Source: Alphaproteobacteria bacterium (GTDB lineage: Bacteria; Pseudomonadota; Alphaproteobacteria; Bin95). Taken from it: a DNA stretch of 64,000 bases. The position numbers and the translations under genes are program-made. The stretch spans positions 19,994 through 83,993 of the forward strand of contig JBDQJI010000003.1 of assembly GCA_040263875.1 (NCBI GenBank). The letters are read 5' to 3'. Under the pieces are notes generated by a model. The model did no database searches. It was given only the letters and a program-made list of their open reading frames with translations, and was not told the DNA's origin. Below are positions 47,221 to 58,558 of the stretch, piece after piece (the first letter of the stretch is position 1; every line of letters begins with the position of its first letter).

Positions 47221-49407
47221 TTATGCGCCAGCAGCCACAATATCACCATGGCTCAACAGGCGTATCTCAACCAACGCACCGCCGCTCGGCTTATTGGCAA
47301 GCCGCAACTCACCGCCGTGCTCTTCTACGATTCGCTGAACGATCGCAAGACCAAGGCCAGACCCATTTGGCTTGGTTGTTACATATGGTTCAGCGACGCT
47401 GTGGATCAAGTCATCGGGGAAGCCATAGCCCGTGTCTTCAACACGGAGCACGACCTGATGGCCCTCCGTCAGTACTGTCAACGCTACCTCACCCTCTTCA
47501 CTTGCGTCCTCTGCCTGCTTTTCTTTAACGGCGTGAACGGCGTTGATCAGAATATTATTCAGCGCACGCGTAATTTGGCCAGGATCACAATCGATCTCGC
47601 TCGGATTGCTCTCGACGGAAAGTTTGAACGAGACATCCTTGTGTTCCATCTCGAGCAGGAAGATCACCTCGCCGCTCAGGTCGCCAAGACTCGCCAATTG
47701 CATCTTAGGGGTTGGCAGGCGCGCAAACTCTGAGAATTCATCCACCATGCCCCGAAGCGCGCCTACTTGTCGGACGATGGTGTCGCAACAAAGCGCGAAG
47801 ATATCCGGGTCTAATTCGATCGTTTTGCCGTATTTCCGTTTGAGCCGCTCGGCGGCTAGTTGGATTGGCGTCAACGGATTCTTGATTTCATGGGCGACAC
47901 GGCGCGCAACACCAGACCATGCCGCCTGACGCTTCGCCGCCACAAGATCGGTGATATCTGTAAAGGTAATTACCTGACCTTCAAGTTCAGCATCAGATTC
48001 ATCAGAAGCACGCGCTAGCAGCACCCGCTGGCGACCTTCACGAATGATGCGCACTTCGGTTTCTGCCACACCACTAACGCCGCCAACCTCACTCAGCGCC
48101 GCCTCTAGTTCTGGCGCTACAGTATGAAGCTCTTCACCGACAATATTTTCACCCGCCGCCAAGGTCGCCTCGGCATAAGTATTTGCCGCACGGATTACCC
48201 CGGCTGGATCAACCCCAACAACGCCGGACGTAACGCCACTCAGCACGGCACCGATGAATTGCCGACGCTCGTCCATTTCCTCATTCGCATCCACGAGCCG
48301 GTCCCGTTGCGCCTCCAACTGCTCTGTCATGCGATTAAAGCCAGCCAGAAGGCTCCCAATTTCATCTCTGCGCCCGCGAACGATGACCCTGGCGGATAGA
48401 TCGCCAGCCCGGACTCTGTCGGCCGTTTGAATCAATGTTGATATTGGTTCCGCAAGCGCGCCTGCGAACATCAGGCCCGCCCACATCGACGCTAGAACAA
48501 AAACAAGCCCGAATAGAACGTAGAAGACAGACAGCCTGGCCTCGATACTTGTTCGCTTATCAACTGCCTGCTGGAAATCCCCAACGGCAAGGTTCACACC
48601 TTCTGCATGTCTGACAATTCCTGGGTCAATTGCACGCCCAACCAATAGAAATAGCTTCCGTTCGCCGAGCCAAAGCAGTGAACGAACACGCTCCGCACTG
48701 CCGCCGATAACAACGACAGCATCTCCTAACCTTGCAGAACGCACCGCCCAGTCAGGCACTGTGGCCCCCTTCAGCTCATCCACATCACCCGCTTTCCCGC
48801 GGACTGATCCAGATTCATCAAAGAGCACAACCTCAGCCAAGCCAAGTCGCGTGGTGAGGCCATTTAGCGCCTTATCCCAATCATCTTTAGCGCCGGTATC
48901 AATCACGTCCTGGCGAGCCAGCGAATCACCCATAGCGTAGGTATCTCGCACGAGGCCAAGGCGATGCTCTCTTAAGTATGCGCGTCCAATGAACAGGGAA
49001 CGGTTGACCGCAGCGTCGACTTTTTGGCCAAACCATTGGTCCAAGCCCACGTGAAGAAACGCTACGGAGAATATAACCAGCATGATACTCGGCGCCGTCG
49101 CGACCAAGCCAAACAGCAGTGCGACCCGGGCATGTAGCTTGCCACCGCCGCCGCCCTTAACGCGTCCACGGAAAACCGCAAAAATCCTGTAGCCGACGAG
49201 CAGTGCCAGGATTAATAGAATCGCCAGATTGGCGTTCAGCGACATCACCACGTTTTCGGGCGATGAGGTCACGAACGGCGCTACGTTCAGCAAAAGTGCG
49301 AACGTAAACGCCACCATCGCAAACGCAATGAAGGTCATGCCGCCGACTAGAAAGAATAGTCGCCACCCCGAAAAAAGCCGCTTCAGCATCGTAGCCTCGC
49401 TGCGCAT
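47221..49407 (-). CDS. ntrY: Sensor histidine kinase NtrY (transmembrane, HAMP-PAS-HisKA-HATPase)
   Basis: N-terminal transmembrane helices, a HAMP domain, an H-box (AHEIKNPLTPI), and N/G boxes. It is 728 aa and lies between ntrC and ntrX. Confidence 0.8.
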   Translation of the reverse strand: MRSEATMLKRLFSGWRLFFLVGGMTFIAFAMVAFTFALLLNVAPFVTSSPENVVMSLNANLAILLILALLVGYRIFAVFRGRVKGGGGGKLHARVALLFGLVATAPSIMLVIFSVAFLHVGLDQWFGQKVDAAVNRSLFIGRAYLREHRLGLVRDTYAMGDSLARQDVIDTGAKDDWDKALNGLTTRLGLAEVVLFDESGSVRGKAGDVDELKGATVPDWAVRSARLGDAVVVIGGSAERVRSLLWLGERKLFLLVGRAIDPGIVRHAEGVNLAVGDFQQAVDKRTSIEARLSVFYVLFGLVFVLASMWAGLMFAGALAEPISTLIQTADRVRAGDLSARVIVRGRRDEIGSLLAGFNRMTEQLEAQRDRLVDANEEMDERRQFIGAVLSGVTSGVVGVDPAGVIRAANTYAEATLAAGENIVGEELHTVAPELEAALSEVGGVSGVAETEVRIIREGRQRVLLARASDESDAELEGQVITFTDITDLVAAKRQAAWSGVARRVAHEIKNPLTPIQLAAERLKRKYGKTIELDPDIFALCCDTIVRQVGALRGMVDEFSEFARLPTPKMQLASLGDLSGEVIFLLEMEHKDVSFKLSVESNPSEIDCDPGQITRALNNILINAVHAVKEKQAEDASEEGEVALTVLTEGHQVVLRVEDTGYGFPDDLIHSVAEPYVTTKPNGSGLGLAIVQRIVEEHGGELRLANKPSGGALVEIRLLSHGDIVAAGA

Positions 49408-49434
49408 ACGGCCCGTCTCAAGCGCGAAAAGAGA

Positions 49435-50907
49435 CTAAATACGGACCCTGACGCCCTTCTTAAGCACAGGAACGCCAAGCATACGTATTTTTTTTCGAAG
49501 CGTATTGCGATTTATCCCAAGCAAATCTGCTGCTCGAATTTGATTCCCGCCAACAGCTGACAATGCATGCGCGATCAACGGTGCCTCGACTTGATCCAGA
49601 ATGCGGCTGTGCAAGCCCGGCTCAGGCAGATCACCACCCAAGTCTGCGAAATAGCGCGTGAGGAATGCGTCTGCCAATTCCTCAAGCGTTTCCCCGCCTG
49701 TCAATTCGCCGGAAATGCCTGTACCGCCGGACGCTGACGAAGTTTGCTCCAGCAAGATTTCTCGCACGGTTTCTACAGGCACTGTCTCCTCCGGTGCCAT
49801 AACAACGACCCGGCGGATAAGATTCTCCAACTCACGGACATTGCCTGGCCAGGAATGCTCTTTCAGCGCCGCCATGGCACCCTCAGAAAGCGTTCGCCCC
49901 GGAAGGCCAAGGCGCGTGCAGCCCGCAATAAAATGCGTAACAAGTTCCGGGATGTCTTCCTTACGTTCGCGGAGCGGCGGCAAACGCACTGGAACAACAT
50001 TCAAGCGATAGAACAAATCCTCCCGGAAAGTTCCCTGCTTAACCAATTGGCGAAGGTCGCGGTGGGTTGCAGAGACGATACGCACATTGGTTCGTATAGG
50101 TGTGGCTGCGCCAATGGGTACGTATTCACCTTGCTGTAAAACACGGAGCAATCTGGTCTGTGCTTCGTGCGGCATGTCACCGATTTCGTCCAAAAATAAC
50201 GTCCCGCCTTCAGCTTGCTCAAACTTACCAGACGCCCTGGTTGCAGCGCCTGTGAACGCACCACGCTCATGGCCAAAAAGTTCGCTCTCAATCAGATCCT
50301 TGGGGATTGCAGCCATATTAATGGCGATAAAAGGCGCGTGCTTGCGTGGGCCAAACTCATGGAGAGCGCGGGCGGCAAGCTCCTTACCCGTCCCTGATTC
50401 ACCCGTAATAAGCACAGACAGGTCGGCCCCCATCAGCCGTGCCAGAACGCGATAAACGTCTTGCATTGCTGGGGACCGGCCCTTCAGCGGCAACCGTTCT
50501 TCTTCGTCAGACGCGGGCGCCGACGCGATGGCAGAAACAGTAGGCTCTGAGAATGCACGATCAACGGCACCAAGCAGTTCCCGCATATCGAATGGCTTGG
50601 TGAAGTATTCGAACGCACCCCGCTCCGTCGCCTGAATTGCTGTTAGCAGAGTATTTTGGCCGCTAACAACGATGACCCGCAGATTAGGTTGGGCTTTCTG
50701 AATCTTCACCAGCAGATCCAAGCCGTTTTCGTCTGGCATCTTGACGTCCGTCACGACCAGATCACCCAGCCCGTCCGCCACCCATTTCCACAGCATGGCT
50801 GCAACGCCTGTGGATTTGACCTCGTAACCCGCCCGCATGAACGCATGGGTCAGAACAGTGCGGATGGAGCGATCATCATCAGCCAGCAAAATGACACCCT
50901 TGCTCAT
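49435..50907 (-). CDS. ntrC: Nitrogen regulation response regulator NtrC
   Basis: [11 protein letters not shown]...D54-like REC domain, an AAA+ domain ([22 protein letters not shown]), and a C-terminal Fis-type HTH. Confidence 0.85.
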   Translation of the reverse strand: MSKGVILLADDDRSIRTVLTHAFMRAGYEVKSTGVAAMLWKWVADGLGDLVVTDVKMPDENGLDLLVKIQKAQPNLRVIVVSGQNTLLTAIQATERGAFEYFTKPFDMRELLGAVDRAFSEPTVSAIASAPASDEEERLPLKGRSPAMQDVYRVLARLMGADLSVLITGESGTGKELAARALHEFGPRKHAPFIAINMAAIPKDLIESELFGHERGAFTGAATRASGKFEQAEGGTLFLDEIGDMPHEAQTRLLRVLQQGEYVPIGAATPIRTNVRIVSATHRDLRQLVKQGTFREDLFYRLNVVPVRLPPLRERKEDIPELVTHFIAGCTRLGLPGRTLSEGAMAALKEHSWPGNVRELENLIRRVVVMAPEETVPVETVREILLEQTSSASGGTGISGELTGGETLEELADAFLTRYFADLGGDLPEPGLHSRILDQVEAPLIAHALSAVGGNQIRAADLLGINRNTLRKKIRMLGVPVLKKGVRVRI

Positions 50908-52001
50908 GGCTTGGCCTCCGTCTCAATGAATAGCGGTAGGTGAACGGTGAAAATCGTCTGGCGTGGTTCGCTTTCGAACTCAACGGCACCACCGTGGTCG
51001 CCTATGATCTTCGCCACCATGGCAAGGCCAAGGCCTTGTCCAGCTTCCTTCGTCGTAACAAAGGGGTCAAAAACGCTGCGCTGCAGATCATCTGGAATGC
51101 CGGGACCGTTGTCCTGGATGGCAACCTCAATCGGGAGCGCACCAGACTCACGCTTGTTGTCACCGGATAGGCGAAGTCCATGGCGATAGCTCGTGCGCAG
51201 CAAGACCTCACCGCCGCCTTCCCGTGCTGCGTCAATGGCATTTTTGATCAAGTTCATGAACACCTGCACCAAGCCTTCAAAATCACCGCGCACGGGTGGA
51301 AGCGAAGGATCGAATTGCTCAACAATCCTTAAGCCTTCGAAGGCACCGCCGGTCGTAAGGACGCGACGTGCGCGGTCCAGCGGCTCATGAATATTTACGG
51401 GCTGATGGGCAACTGGGCCGACATCAGCAAACACATCCATGCGTTCAATCAAGTTCGTAATGCGGTCGACCTCATCTGCGATCAGCTGCGTCAATTCCTT
51501 GTCCTCGCCAGCCAGCGATGGTTCTAGGATCTGTGCCGCCCCCTTAATACCAGCTAGTGGGTTCCGCACTTCGTGTGCGAGTACAGCTACCATGCCGGAT
51601 GCTGACCGCGCGGCACCTTGCCGGCGCATTTGCTGATCGATGCGTTGCGCAATCGAAGTGGCTGCGAACTGGACGATGATTTCTGGCGGACTGTTCGCAT
51701 CATCGGACAGCAACGGCGCAGTTGATATGGCCACCCGGTCTGTTCGCGTTCGGGCCGTCGTCAGCTGAACATCGAATTCCGCCATAGGCGCCAGTTCTTC
51801 AATGGTCTGGCGCACCAGTGACGCGATAGCGCTATCACGGCCAAATACCATATCCAGACCTTGGCCTTGGAGATGCGCAGCACTTTGTTGCAGGAGCGAT
51901 TCGGCCGCTGCATTGACCAAACGGATAACCCCGTCAGCTTGCACAACGAGCACCGCTGCTGGAAGTGCGTTAATCACATCACTTGCGTTGGCTGGAGCCA
52001 T
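50904..52001 (-). CDS. ntrB: Nitrogen regulation sensor histidine kinase NtrB
   Basis: N-terminal PAS domain, an H-box ([11 protein letters not shown]), and the HATPase N/G1/G2 boxes. Its stop overlaps the ntrC start. Confidence 0.85.
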   Translation of the reverse strand: MAPANASDVINALPAAVLVVQADGVIRLVNAAAESLLQQSAAHLQGQGLDMVFGRDSAIASLVRQTIEELAPMAEFDVQLTTARTRTDRVAISTAPLLSDDANSPPEIIVQFAATSIAQRIDQQMRRQGAARSASGMVAVLAHEVRNPLAGIKGAAQILEPSLAGEDKELTQLIADEVDRITNLIERMDVFADVGPVAHQPVNIHEPLDRARRVLTTGGAFEGLRIVEQFDPSLPPVRGDFEGLVQVFMNLIKNAIDAAREGGGEVLLRTSYRHGLRLSGDNKRESGALPIEVAIQDNGPGIPDDLQRSVFDPFVTTKEAGQGLGLAMVAKIIGDHGGAVEFESEPRQTIFTVHLPLFIETEAKP

Positions 52002-52022
52002 ATGTTCTGAGCCTTCTGTAAA

Positions 52023-52047
52023 ATGCCCAATAAGTCGGCATTTTATT
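52023..52047. promoter_or_regulatory. Perfect 8-bp inverted repeat AAAATGCC-N9-GGCATTTT in the AT-rich divergent ntrB/ispDF intergenic region. A further GGCATTT copy lies about 20 nt downstream.
   Basis: Read directly from the sequence. It sits within a 143-nt AT-rich spacer between two divergent start codons, so it is a candidate operator or transcription-factor site. Confidence 0.3.
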
Positions 52048-52144
52048 ATTAGGTTATTTTATAGGCATTTAATCATTCTGGCTACCCCTACCCAGCGAAA
52101 TCTACTATCAAACCTGTAACCCCACGAGATAAAAGGACGCACAG

Positions 52145-53296
52145 ATGTCGAGGTCAAAGGTGGCCGCATTGGTTATGGCCGCTGGGGCTGGTGAACGGCT
52201 TGGTAGTCGCAAACCGAAGCAATACCTCCCACTGGCAGGCGGTCCCAGCGCCATAAGGCGCGCGATTCAGGCCCTTACTGCGCACCCGCGCATTAATCAG
52301 GTGCAAGCCGTTGTTAGTCCTGAGGCCCATGACCTCTATCTGGAAGCAATCAACGGCCTGCAATTAGGCCCGCCCGTTCCCGGCGGCGCCACCCGGCAAG
52401 ATAGCGTTCGGGCTGGCTTGGAAGCACTTGCGGGCACAGAGCAGCCAGACTTCGTCTTGATCCATGATGCCGCCCGCCCGGTCATCCCACCCATAGTGAT
52501 CGACCGCGTACTGGATGCGCTTCAGATATCAGAGGCGGCAACACCGGCCATACCTGTCGCCGATACGCTGGCACATACATCAGATGGCCTAATTACTGCG
52601 CCAATTCCTAGGGATAGCTTGGCCCAAGTACAAACGCCCCAGGGCTTCCGCTTTAATGAAATCCTGGCAGCCCATCGCGCCCACACGGATGCTGGTGCGA
52701 CAGATGATATTTCGATGATCCGCTTGGCTGGCGGCACGGCCAGGATCGTTGAAGGCTCGCCCTTTCTGCACAAACTCACGACGGAGGCCGACAAAGCAAT
52801 GCTAGAGCGCCTGCTATCCGCCGCCCCACGCATCGGTAATGGCTATGACGTCCATGCATTTGGCCCGGGCGCCCATGTCACCCTGTGCGGCGTTGATATC
52901 GCCCACGGCCAAGGCCTTGCAGGGCATTCAGACGCCGATGTGGCCATGCACGCCGTAACCGACGCAATCCTGGGCGCAATCGCTGCTGGCGATATTGGGG
53001 CGCATTTTCCTCCAAGCGACCCACAATGGAAGGGTGCCGCCTCTGAGATATTCTTGGCTGAGGCACTACGGCTTGTCGAAGCCCGTGGCGGTCAATTGGC
53101 ACATATAGACGTCACGATCGTATGCGAAGAACCAAAGATCGGCCCGCACCGGGAAGCAATGCAGGCGCGCATGGCAGGCATTCTCAAGCTCCATTCCGAC
53201 AGAGTAAGCGTTAAAGCCACCACTAGCGAGCGACTGGGTTTCACTGGCCGTAAGGAAGGCATTGCTGCATTGGCGACTGCAACGGTGCTGTTATGA
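52145..53296 (+). CDS. ispDF: Bifunctional 2-C-methyl-D-erythritol 4-phosphate cytidylyltransferase / 2-C-methyl-D-erythritol 2,4-cyclodiphosphate synthase
   Basis: N-terminal IspD ([15 protein letters not shown]) fused to C-terminal IspF (GNGYDVHAF...GHSDADV). The fusion is typical of alphaproteobacteria. Confidence 0.9.
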   Translation: MSRSKVAALVMAAGAGERLGSRKPKQYLPLAGGPSAIRRAIQALTAHPRINQVQAVVSPEAHDLYLEAINGLQLGPPVPGGATRQDSVRAGLEALAGTEQPDFVLIHDAARPVIPPIVIDRVLDALQISEAATPAIPVADTLAHTSDGLITAPIPRDSLAQVQTPQGFRFNEILAAHRAHTDAGATDDISMIRLAGGTARIVEGSPFLHKLTTEADKAMLERLLSAAPRIGNGYDVHAFGPGAHVTLCGVDIAHGQGLAGHSDADVAMHAVTDAILGAIAAGDIGAHFPPSDPQWKGAASEIFLAEALRLVEARGGQLAHIDVTIVCEEPKIGPHREAMQARMAGILKLHSDRVSVKATTSERLGFTGRKEGIAALATATVLL

Positions 53297-53778
53297 ACGA
53301 ATTCCCCGTCAAACACCGGTTATGGCGGCCTGGCGGCATCTTGGCGCTTTGGTTTGGCGCGGGCTTAGCGCCGAAAGCACCAGGCACGTTTGGCTCCCTT
53401 GCAGCATTACCTTTTGGACTGGCAGCAGCCTATTGGAGCGGACCCTATGCCGTGTTGGCGCTAGCCGCCGTCATATTCCTGATCGGCATCCGCGAAACAG
53501 GCCGATATATCAGCGATGGCGGGAGCCATGACCCAGGCGAAGTCGTCATTGACGAAGTTGCGGGCCAACTCATGCCGCTTGCATTCATTCCAATTGGATT
53601 CCTGCCGTATCTGGCAGCCTTTATCCTTTTCCGCGCAGCCGATATCCTGAAGCCCTGGCCTTGCAGCCTAATCGACCGAACGTCGACGAGCGCGTTTGGC
53701 GTGATGGCGGATGATATCGTCGCGGGCTTGTATGCGATTTTGGGCGTGCTGGCCCTAGATTATGTGGGAGCGTGGTAG
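53293..53778 (+). CDS. pgpA: Phosphatidylglycerophosphatase A
   Basis: [22 protein letters not shown] PgpA signature. It overlaps the ispDF stop. Confidence 0.8.
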   Translation: MNEFPVKHRLWRPGGILALWFGAGLAPKAPGTFGSLAALPFGLAAAYWSGPYAVLALAAVIFLIGIRETGRYISDGGSHDPGEVVIDEVAGQLMPLAFIPIGFLPYLAAFILFRAADILKPWPCSLIDRTSTSAFGVMADDIVAGLYAILGVLALDYVGAW

Positions 53779-54285
53779 ATGCCTGATAAACGTTGGCCGG
53801 ACTTAGATATATTGGCGACCAAAACGCTGGACGCCTGCCGTACCGCAAAACTACGGGTTACGACAGCCGAATCCTGCACAGGCGGCCTCATTATTGGCGC
53901 GCTGACAGAAATTGGTGGTTCGTCCGACGTGGTTGGGCGTGGCTTCATCACATATTCCAACGAAGCCAAAATGACGATGCTTGGCGTATCGTCTGCAACG
54001 CTCGAAAGCGATGGCGCTGTTAGTCAAGCAACGGTTCAGCAGATGACATCCGGCGCGCTGAATGCTGCCGGTGACGATGCCGATATCGCCGTCGCGGTAA
54101 GCGGTGTCGCTGGGCCAGGCGGTGGATCTGAGGATAAGCCCGTCGGTACGGTTTGGATCGCTGTGGAACGTCGGGGCGAACCTGCACAAACAGAGCGCCA
54201 ACTATTTCCTGGTGACCGACGCGCTGTCCGCCAGAAGACAGTTATCCGTGCGCTTGAGCTAATTATGGAAGCCGCAAAACGCTAA
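53779..54285 (+). CDS. CinA-family protein (C-terminal domain; nicotinamide-nucleotide amidohydrolase PncC-like)
   Basis: LRVTTAESCTGGLIIGALTEIGGSSDVVGRGFITYSNEAK is the CinA C-terminal domain signature. It starts on the pgpA stop. Confidence 0.8.
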   Translation: MPDKRWPDLDILATKTLDACRTAKLRVTTAESCTGGLIIGALTEIGGSSDVVGRGFITYSNEAKMTMLGVSSATLESDGAVSQATVQQMTSGALNAAGDDADIAVAVSGVAGPGGGSEDKPVGTVWIAVERRGEPAQTERQLFPGDRRAVRQKTVIRALELIMEAAKR

Positions 54286-54719
54286 CTAGCGCGCTCACAG
54301 ATTTCTGACGCGCGAGCTTCAAATGCAGCGACCATTCTGCGCACTGCTTCGCCGAACAGCGGGCCGATCAGTTTGCGGAGCAGTACGGATTTGAACTCGA
54401 AGTCCAGCTTAAAATCGACTATGCACCCGCCTTCCGCTTCCTCAATAAGCCAGCGGTTATTCAGGTGGCGCATAGGGCCTTTGGTGTAGGTTACATCAAC
54501 CAAATCTGGCGGATTCAAATCCACTCTGGATGTGAACGTTTCCCGCACCATCTTAAAGCCAATGACGAGGTCAGCCTCGAACGACTGCTCGGCCAATGGG
54601 CGCACCCGTGCGGCAATACACCAGGGCAGAAACTCTGGGTACTTCGCAACGTCTGCGACGAGCGCAAACATATCGTCCCTGCGGTAAGGCAGGAATTTTC
54701 GTTCGGCATGAGAAGGCAT
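54282..54719 (-). CDS. SRPBCC-family protein (RatA / Coq10-like polyketide-cyclase fold)
   Basis: A 145-aa START/Bet-v1-like pattern, in the conserved position immediately downstream of lipA. Confidence 0.7.
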   Translation of the reverse strand: MPSHAERKFLPYRRDDMFALVADVAKYPEFLPWCIAARVRPLAEQSFEADLVIGFKMVRETFTSRVDLNPPDLVDVTYTKGPMRHLNNRWLIEEAEGGCIVDFKLDFEFKSVLLRKLIGPLFGEAVRRMVAAFEARASEICERAS

Positions 54720-55690
54720 TATTTGCGCGCCGCCAACTTCGCTTCACGGGCATTCCTAAGCGCCGCAAAATCAGCATCCGCATGGTAGGATGACCGGGTC
54801 AATGGCGTTGATGAGGCAAGCAAAAACCCTTTGCCCTCAGCGCTTTGCGCAAACGCCTTGAATTCATCCGGCGTCACGAACCGATCCAACGGGTGATGCT
54901 TCGGCGTTGGTTGGAGATATTGGCCAATGGTCAGAAAATCCACCTCTGCAGCGCGCATATCATCCATCACCTGCAACACTTCATCCCGCTCTTCACCAAG
55001 CCCAACCATCAGGCCGGACTTTGTGAAGATCGACGGATCAAGCTGCTTTACCTGATCTAACAAACGCAGGCTGTGATAGTAGCGGGCCCCTGGCCTCACG
55101 CTGGGATATAAGCGCGGAACCGTCTCCAGATTATGATTGAACACATCTGGCCTGGCGCGGACGACGACTTCAAGCGCACGATCTTTCTTTAAGAAATCCG
55201 GTGTCAGAATCTCAATCGTCGTCTCCGGCGATTTATCGCGGATGTGATTGATGGTGCGAGCAAAATGCTGCGCGCCGCCATCTGGCAAATCATCCCTATC
55301 CACAGACGTGATCACCACATGCTTAAGACCAAGCTGTGCCACCGCATTTGCAACGTTAGCCGGTTCCATCACATCCAGCGCACCGGGGCGGCCAGTCGCG
55401 ACATTGCAGAAGGCGCAGGCGCGGGTGCAGATAGCCCCCATAATCATCATGGTCGCGTGACGCTGCGCCCAGCATTCGCCGATATTCGGGCAAGATGCTT
55501 CTTCACAAACCGTGACGAGATTGTTCTCGCGCACGATGTCCCGCGTTTTCTGATATTCCTTGGATACAGGCGCTTTCACCCGAATCCAGTCTGGTTTCCG
55601 CATAGGCGCGGACTCTGGCCGGTTGCGCTTCTCCGGATGGCGAAGGGCGGCGGCTGATGGCGCTGCGGCTTGTGATGATTCTATGGTCAT
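54719..55690 (-). CDS. lipA: Lipoyl synthase
   Basis: Radical-SAM CxxxCxxC (CTRACAFC) plus the N-terminal auxiliary cluster Cys ([12 protein letters not shown]). The start is taken at MTIESSQ (55690) to avoid a 32-nt overlap with lpdA. The track ORF starts at 55726. Confidence 0.85.
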   Translation of the reverse strand: MTIESSQAAAPSAAALRHPEKRNRPESAPMRKPDWIRVKAPVSKEYQKTRDIVRENNLVTVCEEASCPNIGECWAQRHATMMIMGAICTRACAFCNVATGRPGALDVMEPANVANAVAQLGLKHVVITSVDRDDLPDGGAQHFARTINHIRDKSPETTIEILTPDFLKKDRALEVVVRARPDVFNHNLETVPRLYPSVRPGARYYHSLRLLDQVKQLDPSIFTKSGLMVGLGEERDEVLQVMDDMRAAEVDFLTIGQYLQPTPKHHPLDRFVTPDEFKAFAQSAEGKGFLLASSTPLTRSSYHADADFAALRNAREAKLAARK

Positions 55691-55694
55691 GAAC

Positions 55695-57083
55695 CTAGAA
55701 GTGGATCGCGCGACCGTAGGCGTCAAGCACAGACTCGTGCATCATTTCCGATAACGTGGGATGCGGGAAGACGGTGTGCATCAATTCCGCCTCTGTCGTC
55801 TCGAGCGTTTGAGCGACGACATAGCCCTGAATGAGTTCTGTAACCTCTGCACCGATCATGTGAGCGCCAAGCAATTCGCCCGTTTTAGCGTCGAATACCG
55901 TCTTGACCATGCCTTCCGGATCACCCAGTGCGATGGCTTTGCCGTTCCCCATGAACGGGAACTTGCCGACCCTAATTTCATGGCCTGCATCTTTAGCAGC
56001 AGCCTCGGTCATCCCAACACTAGCGACCTGCGGACGGGCGTAGGTGCAGCCAGGAATCTTTGATTTGTCCATCGGGTGCAGGCCTTCAATCCCTGCGATC
56101 TTCTCGACACAGATCACGCCCTCATGGCTAGCTTTATGGGCGAGCCAGGGCGGGCCGGTCACATCACCAATGGCATAGACGCCGGGCTCTGCAGTTTCAT
56201 TCCATTCGTTGGTTTTGATATGACCACGATCGACCTCAACCTTGGTCGTATCAAGGCCAACATCTTCTGTATTGCCGATGATGCCTACTGCCATGATCAC
56301 GTACTCGGCTTCGATGGTCTCAACACCGTCTTTGGTCTCTACGGTCGCCTTAACACCAGATTGACTAAGCTCCAGCTCGGCAACTTTGGCCTCGGTCAGA
56401 ATACGCATGCCCTGTTTCTCAAAGGACTTCCGCGCCATTGCTGAGATTTCAGCATCTTCGACTGGAAGCACACGGTCCATGATCTCAACGACTGTGACGT
56501 CGGCACCAAGATCATTGTAGAAGCTGGCAAATTCCACGCCGATCGCACCAGAGCCAACGACCAGCAGGGACTTTGGCATCACCTTCGGCACCATTGCTTC
56601 ACGGTAGGTCCAGACCCGGTCACCATCAGCTTCCAGCCCAGGTAGTGAGCGCGCGCGTGCACCGGTCGCTACGATGACGTTCTTTGCAGTGATCGATTTG
56701 TCGCCATCAACCACGACTTTACCAGCACCATCCAACTTACCAGCGCCATTAAAGACCGTGACTTTATTCTTCTTCAACAGATGGCCAATACCGCCAGAAA
56801 GCTGTTTCGCAACACCGCGAGAGCGGCTGACGACAGCACCAATATCAAACTTGATATTGTCTGCGGACATGCCGAAATCACTGAGGTTCTGCATGAGGTG
56901 CCAAACTTCTGATGACCGCAGCAACGCTTTCGTCGGGATACAGCCCCAGTTCAAGCAAATGCCGCCAAGGTGCTCACGCTCAACCAGCGCCGTTTTCATA
57001 CCCAGCTGGGCAGCACGGATTGCGGCGACATAGCCACCAGGGCCGCCGCCGATCACAATAAGATCAAATTCGGCATCTGCCAT
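55695..57083 (-). CDS. lpdA: Dihydrolipoyl dehydrogenase (E3)
   Basis: FAD motif [22 protein letters not shown], the redox-active disulfide [13 protein letters not shown], the NAD motif, and the interface-domain HPTLSE. Confidence 0.9.
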   Translation of the reverse strand: MADAEFDLIVIGGGPGGYVAAIRAAQLGMKTALVEREHLGGICLNWGCIPTKALLRSSEVWHLMQNLSDFGMSADNIKFDIGAVVSRSRGVAKQLSGGIGHLLKKNKVTVFNGAGKLDGAGKVVVDGDKSITAKNVIVATGARARSLPGLEADGDRVWTYREAMVPKVMPKSLLVVGSGAIGVEFASFYNDLGADVTVVEIMDRVLPVEDAEISAMARKSFEKQGMRILTEAKVAELELSQSGVKATVETKDGVETIEAEYVIMAVGIIGNTEDVGLDTTKVEVDRGHIKTNEWNETAEPGVYAIGDVTGPPWLAHKASHEGVICVEKIAGIEGLHPMDKSKIPGCTYARPQVASVGMTEAAAKDAGHEIRVGKFPFMGNGKAIALGDPEGMVKTVFDAKTGELLGAHMIGAEVTELIQGYVVAQTLETTEAELMHTVFPHPTLSEMMHESVLDAYGRAIHF

Positions 57084-57129
57084 GGCTCTATTCCTTCCAA
57101 TCGTGGCTGATAAGGCCAGAAATCAGCGT

Positions 57130-58518
57130 CTACAGCAGCATCGCCGCTGGGAACTCAATCACATTTTTGAACGCCTGCAGCAGTTCAGCGCCAAGCGCGC
57201 CATCCACGACGCGATGGTCGCAAGAGATTGTGCAGGACATAACGGTAGCAATCGCCAACCGGCCGTCTTTGACAACAGGGCGTTGCTCACCCGCACCCAC
57301 CGCAAGTATCGCGCCCTGCGGTGGGTTGATGACGGCGTCAAACTGTTTAATGCCGAACATGCCCAGGTTGGATACGCTGATCGTGCCGCCGGAATATTCA
57401 TCCGGTTTCAGCTTGCCATCCCGCGCCCGTTTGGCGAGGTCCTGCATATCGGCTGAAATCGCAGCCAGGCCCTTCGTGTCAGCATCGCGTACAACCGGCG
57501 TAATCAAACCGCCAGGGATCGCAACGGCGACAGATACATCAACCATGTTGAAGCGGCGTATGCCTTCTTCCGTCCAACTGGAATTAGCGTCCGGCACCCG
57601 GCGAAGAGCGGCAGCAATGGCCTTAATGACGAAATCATTGACTGAAACTTTGACGCCTTCGGGGGCGCGCGCATTGATTTCCTTGCGGACGCGCAGCAGC
57701 TCATCGATTTCACAATCTACGGTCAGATAGAAGTGCGGCACTTGCTGCTTGGATTCAGTCAGGCGGCGCGCGATCGTCTTCCGCATGGACGTGTGTGGGA
57801 TGAGTTCGTAGTCATCGGTGGAGCCTGAAGGCGGCGCAGTCTTGGGCGCATCAGCCTTTTCTTCAGCTTTGGCCTCTGCTGGCAGACCTTCCTTCAGAAC
57901 GCGTTCGATATCAGCCTTAATGATCCGGCCGTTAGGACCAGTGCCGGGTACTTTTTCAATCGGCAGGTCATTCTCCGCAGCCAAACGGCGCGCGAGTGGA
58001 CTGGCGAATACGCGGTCGCCCTTATCAACGGCAACAGCTGACATTTCTGTGTTGCCAGAAGCGCCCAATACATCCGCTTTCATGATTTTCCCGCCAGGGC
58101 CAGACCCTGAAACACCGCTTAGCGACACGCCAGATTGATCCGCGATCCGCTTGGCGAGCGGTGTCGCCTTAACGTCACCATGGTCTTGTTTTGCAGCCGG
58201 AGCGGGTGCAGCGTCTTCTGTAGAATCCGACGACGATTTTGCCGCTTCCGGCGTTTCAACATCGCCAACATCTTCGCCATCGTCAGCTAGAACGGCGATC
58301 ACGGCATTAACTGCGACGCCTTCAGCGCCTTCGTCAACCAGAAGCTGCGCCACTTGGCCCTCATCGACCGCTTCGACTTCCATCGTCGCCTTATCGGTCT
58401 CGATCTCAGCAATTACGTCGCCGGACCGCACGCTATCACCAACCTTAACGAGCCAGCGAGCGAGCTTGCCGTCGGTCATTGTCGGCGACAGGGCAGGCAT
58501 AAGGATGTTCGTCGCCAT
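57130..58518 (-). CDS. pdhC: Pyruvate dehydrogenase complex dihydrolipoyllysine-residue acetyltransferase (E2)
   Basis: N-terminal lipoyl domain ([22 protein letters not shown]...IETDKATME), an Ala/Pro-rich linker, a peripheral subunit-binding domain, and the catalytic domain with DHRVVDG. Confidence 0.9.
   Translation of the reverse strand: MATNILMPALSPTMTDGKLARWLVKVGDSVRSGDVIAEIETDKATMEVEAVDEGQVAQLLVDEGAEGVAVNAVIAVLADDGEDVGDVETPEAAKSSSDSTEDAAPAPAAKQDHGDVKATPLAKRIADQSGVSLSGVSGSGPGGKIMKADVLGASGNTEMSAVAVDKGDRVFASPLARRLAAENDLPIEKVPGTGPNGRIIKADIERVLKEGLPAEAKAEEKADAPKTAPPSGSTDDYELIPHTSMRKTIARRLTESKQQVPHFYLTVDCEIDELLRVRKEINARAPEGVKVSVNDFVIKAIAAALRRVPDANSSWTEEGIRRFNMVDVSVAVAIPGGLITPVVRDADTKGLAAISADMQDLAKRARDGKLKPDEYSGGTISVSNLGMFGIKQFDAVINPPQGAILAVGAGEQRPVVKDGRLAIATVMSCTISCDHRVVDGALGAELLQAFKNVIEFPAAMLL
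58326..58506. repeat. Lipoyl-domain coding repeat, copy 1 (in pdhC). About 180 bp, roughly 85% identical to 59763-59944 in pdhB.
   Basis: Near-identical nucleotide blocks are visible in both genes (e.g. ...GACGAGCCAGCGAGCGAGCTTGCCGTCGGTCATTGTCGGCGACAGGGCAGGCATAAGGAT vs ...GACGAGCCAGCGAGCAAGCTTGCCTTCAGTCATCGTCGGCGACAGGGCCGGCATAAGGAT). The out-of-frame track ORFs mirror this. Confidence 0.7.
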
Positions 58519-58558
58519 GGTCAGTCTCCTGGCGGTCAGTCAGATGAAGCCGAGCGGG

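Noticed and set aside
53779-54285. cinA considered as competence-related or a mobile element marker
   Set aside because: Only the C-terminal PncC-type deamidase domain is present, in the conserved ispDF-pgpA-cinA housekeeping context.
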